Source: Sphagnum compactum (taxonomy: Eukaryota). Taken from it: 64,000 bases of DNA. Position numbers and translations under genes: made by a program. The notes under the pieces were generated by a model. The model did not search any database and had not been told where the DNA came from. It saw nothing but the letters and a program-made list of their open reading frames with translations. The stretch covers positions 29,316,213 to 29,380,212 of the forward strand of contig OZ234493.1 of assembly GCA_965153455.1 (NCBI GenBank), written 5' to 3'. Positions 12,421 through 24,700 of the stretch are shown here, in pieces; position 1 is the stretch's first letter, and each line of letters begins with the position of its first letter.

Positions 12421-13409
12421 AATCACTTTTCTAGCTGTCCCACCTAGGAAAACTCCTACAAAAACATGTGAACCACACCACCCAAACTGGTTATGGAATT
12501 TGGAATAGGTCTAAGCCAAAGTGATGTGTTGTTTGGGGGGCGGAGGGTGGGGTGTGGGAGGTCATATTTTGTAGCCGTCTTTGGTGGGTCATACTTTTTA
12601 GAAACCGCAAGTATTTTTTGGACTTCAACCTCCACCACCCATATAAGCTTTTTACAAAGCCAACCTAAAAAATAAAGGATATCAATCGGTAGCAAATTCA
12701 AGAAGAACAAAGGGTGGCAATCAATCAATATAGTGGTACTGTACCATGGCAATGTTCAACATTATAGTGTTGAATAATTATTTTATTTTGAGTGGATTCC
12801 ATTTTCAAAATAAAAGAAAATTTAATATTCTTAAAGATTCTCTATTTTCCATTCACAAAATTCTTTTCTTTGAAAAGAAAAAATTATAAAAAAATTCAAC
12901 ATTTCTGAAAATATAATATAACTAGTAATCAAACTTGCCATGGTACTACAGTAGTTTGTAGACGTGGAACCCCAATTGATGGCCAAAGTTTCAGGGTGGT
13001 TTCTTGGGTTAATTTTGGCCATTACGCCATCCAAGTGGGTGTTTGGGTGCACTTGTAATGTGGAGACCATGCAAGGGGTTGTGAGCTCAACTTACCCATA
13101 GGCCTATGCATAGGTCAACTACTCACTTTCTAACCACCCTAACCCAAGGTTTGGGACCACACAAACCTACCAGATTCCTTTTTTTTTCCCCACCCCCTTG
13201 CTTTTCAAAATATCCTCAAGGCCCCACACCCATGCAACCCGCCAAAATGGGAGGACTGGTTTTATGTAGAGTAAATCCTGGGGGTTAAGGCTTTACCCAG
13301 CATAAAGACTTCTTCTGATTTTAATTTTTAAAAATTCTCGAATGATATATATCCTATGGGTACCTCAAGAAAAAATGGGAAAAATGAGGGACATTTCAAA
13401 AAAATGGAA

Positions 13410-13538
13410 CATCACGGGAGCAAGCATTCCATTCTTCGGAATGCCCCCATCACCAGAGCAAGCATTCCATTCTTCAGAATGCCCCCATCACCGGATCAAG
13501 CATTCCATTCTTCGGAATGCCCACATCACCGGAGCAAG
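13410..13538. repeat. 38-bp minisatellite x3.4 with palindromic core
   Basis: CATCACCGGAGCAAGCATTCCATTCTTCGGAATGCCCC-like units start at 13410, 13448, 13486 and 13524. Confidence 0.9.
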
Positions 13539-14283
13539 ATCCCCAAGCAAGCGTTAGCATTCTAACTCTTAAGGAATAGGTCTAGTTGCAAGATCCCTTT
13601 CTCTTTTGTAAGAACCACCCTCCCCCCTGTTTTCCCCAATACAAGGGTCGATCTCACGGCTTGAGTGACCCAGCACCGACCAGTGCACCATCCAAAAAAT
13701 CCCGTTTTGGGATTTCATGGATGGGATGAAACTGTCCCCAAGGGGGCAGTTTACATGGTTAGTAGTTTTTATTTTTGTCTGGGCCTTTTTCTTCCTCATA
13801 CTTTTTTTTTTTCTCAGCTCGATGTTTTTTCTTGTGGGCCTCCCTTTTGATTTTTTTTATTTTTGGGGGGGCCACCCCTGACCCCATATTATTTTTTGGC
13901 AACTCCTACCTACCCCTCCAACTTACCTTCTGCTCTTCCTCCCACCAACCCATCTACCTCTCCTCCTGCTTCTTTCTACCTCATTCCCTCCTTTTCCACT
14001 CACCTCGATACCCAGTACTTGAGAATCATTCCCTCCTTTTCCGCTCACCTCCATACCCAGTACTTGAGAAACAGGGACATTTTGAGCTTGCATTAGGGTT
14101 TAGCTCACAGGGCTTTAAGTTTCCACAGCTTCAGGAGCTTGAAGAAGGGACTTTCAGGAGCATAGAGAGGGGTGGAGAGGGGAGGACCTTGAGAGTGTGC
14201 AAAGGCGAGGACCTTGAACATGTGTAGAGACAAGGACCTTGAAGGTGAGCAAAATACATTTTCAAACTCTTTTTTTTTAAAAC

Positions 14284-15055
14284 TATGTTGCTACACCAAG
14301 GGGTTTAGGGTGCGATGCCTTTTTTTCATGTTCAGTGTTGCCTCCACCAAGGAGATGACGACAATGAGTGCGCACTCATCATCATTGTCATATTTTAAAT
14401 CTTAGGTGCTGCCTGCACTAGGGAGATGACAATGATGAGCGCACACTCATCATCATCGTCATTTTTTCCATATTGGGTGCTACCTCCGACGAGACGATGG
14501 CCACAAGCTATGTCATTTATTTAAAGCTACATTGCTACACCAAGGAGATGAACGTAGTTCATCATTGTTGTCTTTTTGTCATGTCAACTGCTTCCTCCAC
14601 CAAGGAGATGACGATGATGAGTGCTCATCGTCGTCGTCATTTTCTAAATCTTAGGTGCTACTTCCACCAAGGAAATGATGACGACGAACACACACTCATC
14701 GTCATCATCATTTCTTTTCCATCTCGAGTGTTATTTCTAGGGGGACGACGACCATGAGCAGAGCTCGTGGTTGTTGTTATTTTTAAAATTGCATTGCTAC
14801 ACTAGGGAAACGATGACGATGAACACAATTCATCGTCATCATCTTTTTTTCATGTCAAGTGCTGCCTCCACCAAGGAAACAACAACGATGAATGGGCACT
14901 CATCGTCGTCGTTAGTCTTTTAATCTTAGTTGTTGCCTCCACTAAGGAGACAACGATGAACGTGCACTCATCGTCATCGTCATTTTTTTTTCATCTTGAG
15001 TGCTACCTCCAAGGGGATGACAACCATGAGCGTAGCCCATAATTGTCGTCTATTT
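14284..15055. repeat. Higher-order tandem array of ~65-bp hairpin units
   Basis: About 12 units of GCTGCCTCCACCAAGGAGATGACGATGATGAG-loop-CTCATCGTCGTCGTCAT type. Four unit variants repeat in the same order three times. Confidence 0.8.
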
Positions 15056-15256
15056 CTTTTCACTTGCTGCCTACAAAAAATGAGTACGCTCTTGTTGGTC
15101 TTATGTTTGGCATCTATTGCATAGGCGATATTTTTCTTGTCTTCTATTGCAGTTGATGGTAGTCCTCTTCTTGTTTTTTGCTACAAATGAAAGAGTGGAA
15201 AATGAACTAGGAACTGAAATCCTATTGTGTTGTTTGTGTTTTTGTTATATGCAAAT

Positions 15257-16950
15257 TCGAAAAAAAACAAAGATGGTTGAAATAGATCAACAAGTTTCAA
15301 CAGAAGTTGTAGATGGCATGGGAGGTGTCATGAATGAAAGACATTTGAAAGCTAGGGTGATGGGATAGCAAGCGGGTGTTGAGGATGTGGTTCCATTGGT
15401 TCCAAGTGAGATTGTTGAAGAAGAGCAAGTGGAAGCGGGTGAAGATGTTGGGGAAACATCTAACGAAGATTTTGATCAAATTGAAATGAATTTGGATAAA
15501 ACTATTTTGATGATAAAGGACCAAGAATGTAGTTCTTACTACTCCGTTGCCAAAGCAAAAGAATGCAAATGAGGATGTTGAATTCATGCACATATTGATG
15601 GAGGTGAAATAGCCATTGAACTTCATTTATTATAATTAATACCCCACCCATCCTCTCAAGTGGAGAAGATGGGTGGGGTTTTTTTTGTCAAATTTGTGAT
15701 TGTAATACCTTCCTTAATTGTGGTCCTTAAACCTCTACCTACCCCACCTTCCTTCTCCATGTGAGAAAGTGGGTGGGCATTTTTTTTTGTCTAAGTGTAT
15801 AGGCAATACTTTTAGACTTTGTAGGTGATATTGATATTTTGAAGGTTTGCTTCATTTTATGCAAATTTCAACATTAGAGTTTAGTAATACCCTCATCGTG
15901 TGTTATAATCTTCTATCTATTTATGCAATACCTTCATCATGTAAGGGATAACTTTCATCCAGAATATTAAATCTCACATTAAGTTTTTTTTTTTAAAAAT
16001 TTTTAAATTTCAGATATGGTTGCCCTTCCCCCGATTGCCATAAAGGGTGTGCATTGGACAAGGGATGGGCCCAAATTTGCTTGTAGGGTTGATAGGTGCG
16101 ATGCATCCTATACAACTAAATACAACTTGATATGGCATTTATGGGCGCACCATAATGTGACCATGGAGCCAAGCAAGCCTGGCCACCCATCTACTCGGAA
16201 AGAGGGCCCGAGGCATCAAGATCACACGGCCATGATGTGCGAGTCTTGAACAACCCTTTGGCTCGATTTCGACATAATGAGTATAAGGCAATTGTTAGGG
16301 CTAAAAGACGTACAAACCTAAAATGGGATAGGCTCCAAGTTTATACACACCTAAGGTTCCTAAGCCTGCACTTGTTAAATTAACCTCTAGACACATTCTT
16401 CAACGTCTTGGCATGATTACATGGGGTGTGGGGGCCATCTTTCTCAACGTGCAGGCTAAACTAAAACATGATGAGGACCTTGCACTTATGATTCGAACGA
16501 TTCAAGCCAGGTATGCAAAGACACTCAAAGGCATTTAGATGGAACACAACTAGAAATTTGCATTGAATAAAATGATATGACATAAGGAAATTGGCCTCCT
16601 TACATAATACCATGAATTAGAAATGATTCATGGTCGATAAGTTTCTAGCAATGCCATACTTAATTTGCTTTGAATTCTAGGTTTTAGATTTCGTATGCAA
16701 TACTTATTTTATTGTGTTATTTGTTTTAAGGTTCAAAACACCACTAAAAAGGTGTTGGTGGCTAATGTTATGGATGCAACATTGGCCAATTGTGGGGTAT
16801 TTATGAGATGACACACCCATGATGAAGACATTGCATCAACACGGTATAAGAGGGCCAATGGGATCCCATCCCCCCTCCACAATGATACAAATGACCCATA
16901 ACTTATACCAATTTTGATTAAAGTGTTATTTTGGTCTTCAAGATTTAAGG
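15257..16950 (+). pseudogene. Decayed spliced gene with a C2H2 zinc finger, inside the 8.9-kb element
   Basis: Exon after TTTCAG (16013) encodes FACRVDRCDASYTTKYNLIWHLWAHH (C-x4-C-x3-Y-x5-L-x2-H-x3/4-H). A frameshifted continuation runs to ~16600. There is an acidic upstream exon (~15257-15603, GAG|GTGAAA donor) with stops, and a downstream exon-like block 16731-16949 (TTTTAAG|...AAG|GTAAC). Confidence 0.6.
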
Positions 16951-17209
16951 TAACAATTTATCTTTGAGGCAACCATTATTTACCATTATGACATTTTCCC
17001 CATTTTAGGGTGGGGTTGGTTTTGGACTTGGTCATTTTTTGCACATTTTTGTAACACATGTCATCCATGTTTTTTTATTTAAGGCTTTTTTTTTTCATTT
17101 TACATCATCTTGTGTTAATAGTTATAAATACATTCTCACATATTCTTATATGTATGTTTGATGAAATTATCAAAATTTTGATTTTAATCTTACACTCAAA
17201 CCAAAAAAC

Positions 17210-18170
17210 CTTTCCTTACCCGCAAATAAAAAGTTCAAACCTAGAAGGAAAACAATACCTTCATGAGAGTATTCTGTAAACACCATGGATTGAATTATTT
17301 TGGACTAGGTTATTGGAAGGTATTGTTTGTGCCCGGAATTATTCAATGCACATGTAATACCCCTTTTAAGGTATATTAAAAATCTTTTGGCTCCGTAACA
17401 TATCTAGAGATTACTTGAAGGGTATTGCATAACCATACCAAAACTTAGAAAGAAAACAATACTCTATTTGGGGTAATACGTAAACACCATGGGTTCTTGG
17501 AGGGGTATTGCATTGCCCAAACAAACCTTAGAAGGAATGTAATACCCTCATGAAGGTAATCTATAAACACCATGGATTGAATTATATTGGTTCAGGTTAT
17601 CGGAAGGGTATTGCTTATGCCCATAATTACTCAATACATGTGTAATACCTTTCTTAAGGTATATCAAAATTGTTTGGGCTCCATCATATATCTGTTGAAA
17701 CCCGGAGGGTTATTACATAACCATACCAAAACTTAGAAGGAATGCAATACCCTCATGAAAGTAATTTATAAACAGTATGGATTGAATTATATTAGTGTAT
17801 GCTATTGGAGGGGTATTGTTGGTGCCCAAAATTATTCAATGCATGTGCAATACCTCTCTTAGGGTATATCAAAAATTATTTAGGTTCCATCACATTTTTA
17901 TTGAAACCTAGAAGGGTACTTCATAATTAGACCAAAACCTAGAAGGAGAGCAATACCCTATTTGGGGTAATATACACACACCATGGGCTCAATTATTTTG
18001 GATTGGGCTATTGGAGGGGTACTATTCATGCCAAGAACTATTCAATTCACATGCACTACCACTTTTAGGGTATCCCATAAAACCTTTGAGTTCCATAATA
18101 TATTTTTTAGAATTTGGAAGGGTATTGCATAGCCTTAGCAAAACCTAGAAGGTAAGCAATACCCGCAAAG
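17210..18170 (+). repeat. ~200-bp tandem array, left arm of an internal inverted repeat
   Basis: About 5 units of AAAACCTAGAAGG..AATACCC..AAACACCATGG..ATTATTTTGG..TATTGGAGGGGTATTG..TGCCCA. Confidence 0.85.
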
Positions 18171-20829
18171 CTTCAAATTTAGCTGCAATCATAATTAAAT
18201 GAGCCAACGGTGACAAAGGACTCAAGGACTGTAATATTTTTTGTGGTCATTTTCATTTTTCAATAGAAAGGATTTTTGTGATGAAATCTTTTACAATATG
18301 TTATTAAAAATACATATAATTTTTTCAATACATCACATTTTTTGTATTAACTTTTCATGAATAACTAAGATTTTTTTAAAAAAATATAAATTCCACCAAA
18401 TTATACGTTTTGTTTTGAATAATTATTTTAATTTCAAATTGTATGAAAATATGCTAATTATTTAATGTTTTATTCTATTGTTTCATAAACTACAATTTTG
18501 TTTTAGATGTATGTACACTACACCCCATTTACATGTGGTAAAAAACTTTTGAAAATTTGAAAATTTATTTAATAGATTTTTAATTTGAAAATTTTTCAAA
18601 TTTCACAACTTTCAAATTGTGAGTGTTCTTGTGAATGTGGATAATCAATTAACATCATCTCAATTTTTTTCTCATCAAAATTTTTTTTATAAAGAAAGTT
18701 TTTAACTTAATAATTTTCAAAATTGATTGATTTTTATGCAATTGTTGTTCAAGTTCAAAGGTCCTTTATTAAAATCAAAACCCAAAAAACAAAATTGATT
18801 TTTTTTTTTGAATTCTTCAACATTCATATTACTCATTTAACACTACATTCCATAATCAACATGACATTAAAATGGCACCACAAAAATATATCTAACAAAA
18901 TTACAATTTTTTTAGAGTTTTAGCGGTTGCTTGATGTGTTTTTTGGCTCGTTTGATTGTGATTACACCCACTTAGTTGATTTGAATTAGTTGGGTCGGTT
19001 GGTAATGGATTTGTTCAAAGAAAAAAGTTTTTGATGGAGTTGCAAACTTGGGTTGATTTTGTGGAGCTTTGAGTAGATTTGATTTGTTCATGAGTTGGAT
19101 CTACAGTTTGTAGTTTCAAAAAATTCTTGAGAATAGAAGACATGGGTACTGATTTGTAGAAAACTTGAGAAGAAGAGTTCTTGGGTAAAGATAAATGGGT
19201 ACCCATTTACAGAAAACTTGAAAAGAAGTATCTTGAATAGAAAAGAAATGGGTATCTATTTGCAAGTAAATTGAGAAGAAGTTTCATGACAAGTCAAATC
19301 AATGGGTGCAACACACAAGGTGTAAGTCCTATCAAGCAAGATCAGCTATTGGAAGAAGGATTGCCTACTCTTGAATTTGTTGGGGACTTTCTACCCATCA
19401 AGCCAATAATATATCCAAGGTGGAGTTTTTTTTAACCAGATGATGATCCAACACCAATAATGTGGCTAATTTTGCAATATTTTCATTTACATATATTAAC
19501 CACTTTGCATTGGTCCGTTAAACAATTTGTGTTGTTTATAAATTTGACAATGTCTTTCAATTATATATAATGTTTAATTAAAATTTCTACCAAGTTAAAA
19601 TAATTATGCAAATATTATATCTCTAAAAATGAAACAAATTATAATTTCACACATTCATAAATTAAGTATATCATCATTTAATACATTGTAAACTAAAATT
19701 TACATTGAATTAATCTATAGGGACTGAATTTACATAATGTTAATAACATATATTTCAAACTTCAATTAAAATATTTCAATTTACGCAGAAATAATATTCA
19801 ATTACATGCATTAATAAAATATATAATGTTAATAACTTATCTTTTGCAAATTTTAAACTCTCATTAAAAATGAAGTTCATAAAAAAATTGCACTATACAT
19901 AACCATGGGTTTATATATAATTAAAATTTTAAAATATTTTCAATATATATTTATGCAATTTTAAATAAATATGAAGATATTATATGAATTAAAATTAATC
20001 AACAATATAATTCCACAATATTATTAATTATATATAATGTATTACTCGGTATGTTATAAATAAAAATATATTTAAGCCAATATTATACATCATAAAAAAA
20101 ATTACATAAGGACTTGTGTTATATATTTATAAAATAAAATATTACTGGCCTACTATATAATTATTTCAGGCTAGATATTATTTCTTATATGTTTAAAAAG
20201 TTTAAAATAAATTTTCAATCATACATATGATTAATATATGGGAGATATCATTTTCTTTTATTATGTGAACCATTAAAAAAAATAGAAAATGATGTGTTAA
20301 CATTTTTTTTTTAAAAACATGCATCCAAATCTTATTAAATTAAATATTTATGTTTTTGTTTTTTGAAATGAGTTTACAACTTTAAGAGGGAAAAAAATAA
20401 ATATGTACATCATTGAAGAAATGTTAAGCATGATTAAATTTTTGATTTCAACAAACTCTAAATTCTAACATTAAGTAATAAAATTTACATTAAACTTTAA
20501 ACCCGTGTACCATTAATGTAACCAATTTTGCATTACGTTCATTTTATATATGTTAAATCATATTGTAAAGGTGAATAAATAATTTTGAAAACATGAATTT
20601 CATGATATATTGGTGGGGGATCAAGTATTAAAAAAATATTGTTATGTTTCATGGTTAATGCAAATATCCCAAGATGATGTAGGTATTGCATTTAAACTCC
20701 ATAACTTTGTTCAAATGACCTTCTATCATCATTGTGAAGAGTTTTGCAATACTATAATTTACTTGAATTAATATGTAAGGCATGATATATTGAGCATGGA
20801 ATATTTTTTTATAAAATTTATCCTTTTGT

Positions 20830-21790
20830 TTCATGGTTTAAAATATTATCACAATATGATGCGAGTATTGTTTTCTTTTTAGGTTTTGGTAGGTTATGCA
20901 ATACTTTTCCAAGTTTAAAAAGATATGTTATGGAGCCCAATGTATTTCCGGGATACTCTAAAAGGGGTATTACAGGTGTATTGAGTAGTTTTGGGCATGG
21001 GCAATACCCTTTCAATAACATAGACCCATGGTGTTTAATCACAGAATACCTTAATGAAGGTATTAATTTTCTTGTAGGTTTTGGTAAGGTTATGCAATAC
21101 CCCTCCAAGTTTGAAAATATATGTTATGAACCCAATGTATTCATGGGATACCTTACATAGGGTATTGCAGGTGTATTGAGTAGTTTTGGGCATGACCAAT
21201 ACCCCTTTAATAGTCTGGACCAAAATAATTCAGCCCATGGTGTTTGTAGTGTACATGAATGAAGATATGGCGTTCCTTCTAGGTTTTGTTAGGGCTATGC
21301 AATACTCGTTCAAGTTTGAAAAATTTGTTATGTCCATAACCCAACATATTTTTTGGGATACACTACGAGGGGTATTACAGGTCTATTGAGTAGTTTTGGG
21401 CATGAACAATACCCCTCCAATAGCATAGACCCATGATGTTTAATTATAGAATACTTTAATGAGGGTATTGGTTCCTTGTAGGTTTTGTTAAAGCTATGCA
21501 TTACCTTTTCACTTTTCAAAAAATATTTATGGAACCCAATGTATTTATGGGATACCATGAGAAGGGTATTGCACATTCATTGAATCTTTTTGGGCATGAG
21601 AAATACCCCTCTAATAGCTTGGACCAAAATAATTTAGCCCATGGTGTTTATTGTGTACCTTAATGGGGGTATTGTGTTCCTTCTAAGTTTTGTTAGGGCT
21701 ACGTAATACCTTTCCAAATTTCAAAAGATATGATATGGAACCAAACTATTTCAAGGATACATAATATTGCACATTCATTGAATATTTTGT
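20830..21790 (-). repeat. ~200-bp tandem array, right arm (reverse complement of 17210-18170)
   Basis: About 5 units of TGGGCATG..CAATACCCC..CCATGGTGTTT..TAGGTTTTG..TATGCAATAC. 21181-21320 is a diverged reverse complement of ~17900-18040. Confidence 0.85.
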
Positions 21791-24700
21791 TTTATGAACC
21801 TAAGTACAACATGCATTAAATGCATATAAATTGAATTGGAGCTCCATATTACTTTGATATCCACTTGGTTTGCAACACCTTCATCATGGAAAACACTCTC
21901 TAAGCAGAATGTGCAATACCTTCGTATAAGGGGTGTCAAATATTTTAATCATCCCCTTATTTATTTGTTTGAATGAACAAGACCAAGGTCCATGCAATAC
22001 CTTCATTCTATTCTCTCCTCATTGGTGTTGACCATTGGGGGTCTATTGGAGTGGCAACCATGTAGGTGGGGTTTGGTAGGTACTTACTTAAAGTGTTGGT
22101 AGGTAGGAAGGTGGAAAGGCATGTAGGTAGATAAATAGATGGGGGGTGGGATGGGTAGGTGGGTGGGTGGGGATGAGAGTAGCACATTTCAAATTTATAG
22201 ATGAGTAGGTAGATGGGGAAGAACCTACTTTTAATTCAAAGATATAGGTGAGTAGGTCGATAGGGGACAGTGGGGGGTAGTAGGTGGGTGGGTGGGTGGG
22301 AAAAGTTTTTAAAAAAAAAAAAAAAACAACCGGGTGGGGGGCGGGGAGAAAATAAAGTTCCCCAAAGAAATATAAACAGAGATCAGGGGAGGAAAAATCC
22401 TGGGAAGGGGGCAGGGAGAAAATAAAGTTGCAAAAAAAACCTGAGATCAGGGCTGAGAAAGGGGAAACAAAAAAAAGTCAAGCCGAGATGGGACAGGGAT
22501 AGAAAAGAGAATCCTATCAGTGCACCATCCATCCACGTTGGTGCACTGGTGGGTGCTGGTTCACTCTGGGCCGATCTCACAAACAGGAAGCAAATAGGGC
22601 GCCAACTGGGCTGAAAACAGGGGGTGGAACTAGGCATGACTTTATGGAATTGGCAGTCCAACAGGCTAACCAAAATCAATAAGACATACCTACGAGTTAT
22701 GAAACGTGGGTTGACAGAAGCTCTTCAGGCACGCCCTTCCCAGTACACATCCATGCAAAGTAAATACGAAGCAGGGCAGGAAGGAGCAAGGGCGGTTTTG
22801 GTGGTTGGTGGGCTGGGTGGGTGGGTGGGTGGGTGAGTGGCTAGGAGGGGGGAAAAAGAGGGGTTGGAATTTTGTCCATGTGCACATTATTAGGTATGGG
22901 CTCCCACCAATTTTAACCTTTTGAGAAGTTGAAGGCCTTTTGAGGAGGGCAAAAGCAGGAAAAGGGAGGGCCTTTTAAGAAGGGTGAACGAACTCTGGAT
23001 TTCCATACTCTATAGACTCGTTGGGAATAGGAACCTACAAGCCTACCACCATCCTTCCTCATTGAAGGATGGATGAATGGGTGGTGCTCTTTAAGGGATG
23101 ATATTTGGCGTCCTCTTTCCTTCCTATTATCATTCCCATCAATCAGTTGTGGGTGTGTATGGATGCTCTTGTGATTCACATTAATTAGTTGTGGCTGTAT
23201 CCATTACTTAGTTAGATGTTGTCTTGTGAGTGGGAGCACAACTAACTAACAGATACACCCACAAGGAGCTAACTAACTAATAGAGACACCCAGAAGTAAA
23301 CAACTAAATAACTAATAGAACCAGTGTTTATTGTTTTTTTTTTGCTCTTTTCATTTTTGTGAAGTAGCTCAATTGGTGATCATCCTTAGTAATACCATTA
23401 AGTCTTCTCTTCTTCTTTTTTGCCATAAACAGGAATATGAAAGTGAAAACATTTAAGTATCCTTCACATTTTTGGCTACATGCTAGAACCCAATAGAGAA
23501 ATCTGGAAAATTTTCTGAAAAGAAAATCAAAATTTAAGGACTAACAAACCTAAAAATACATACAGTTTAACCATTTTTAAAAAATCACCAATTGGTCATA
23601 TTTACACCACACCGGCCCCCCCCCCCCCCCCCAAACCATGTTTGAATGGATAACACCCACAAGGAATTAGTTGAATCACAATAGGATCTCTCCCGAGGAG
23701 GTTGTATAGTGGGAAACTATCCAAGTGTTGAGCAAATTGCAAATGTTGAGCAAAATAATGTATGTGCTTTTGAGGGTGGACCCAGGTGAAAACTCTTTGT
23801 GGAGAGAGATTTGGGGGGGGGGAGCAATTTACAAAGAATGTTTGAATCCTTAAAGATCTACCCTTAGTACATGTTGCCGAATTTTGGCTTGGAGACAAAA
23901 CTTGAACCATCATTTTTAATACAAAAATATTTTGCAACCATCTATTCTGCATGTTGAACCCAATTGTGACCATTCCTGGGGGCTTTTGAGAATACGTCAA
24001 AATAAGAGGCAAAACTGGAAGATGCGATGCCCCGGCTAGATACGAAAACCTGGTCCCCACCAGTAAATAGTAGCAATTTGTCTGCAGATCTTAGGAAGAC
24101 AAGGGGGTTACAAGAATTTTTAGAAATTATATTTGGACTTGCGTTGAGTGTGCCGTCAAACCAGGACCACTCAAAACAGACAATTCCAAATACCACTCAA
24201 CGGCTAACACCCCTCATATTAGGGGTGGTCTTGGGGGGAGTGGCGCAGACCTTCTCCCGTGTAAAGTTGAGAAAAAGGTTTTTTAATTAAAAAAAAACCT
24301 TCGACGATGGAAAAAGGTCCACATCCGCATGATGGAACGTAAGGTTTCTTGTTGTTTCTTCAATTTTTCATGTACATCTCGAACCATGCAAAGAGGTGCT
24401 TTCAAATAGAAAGAGAAAACTACATCATCGTAAGTAAGTTATATAGTACTTTATATGGGCTTACGCAAGGGAGGGAAGGGAGTTTTGCTGGGTTGTCAGA
24501 TTAAAATAAAAGAAATTATTATCCCGGAAGAAACGAAGGGTGTTTTGTTCAGTTGTTGCACTAAAATAAAAGGAAAAATTGTTACCGAGGAAATGAAGGT
24601 CAGATACATGGGGAGGGAAAGGTGGAGCAATGTGCACGGAGGAGGGATCCAAGAAATTGTCGTCTTGGGTGCAGGTCTCCAATTTACGTATTTATGGCGG

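Larger units (their letters stand above)
13658..22571. mobile_element. 8.9-kb TIR DNA transposon, Mutator/Pack-MULE-like, no recognisable transposase
   Basis: Termini 13658-13690 and 22539-22571 are inverted repeats (28/33 identical, ungapped). They are flanked by a perfect 9-bp direct repeat CGATCTCAC at 13649-13657 and 22572-22580. Confidence 0.85.

Noticed and set aside
13410..15055. Palindromic repeats as a CRISPR array
   Set aside because: Units are contiguous without unique spacers, there are no cas genes, and the context is eukaryotic.
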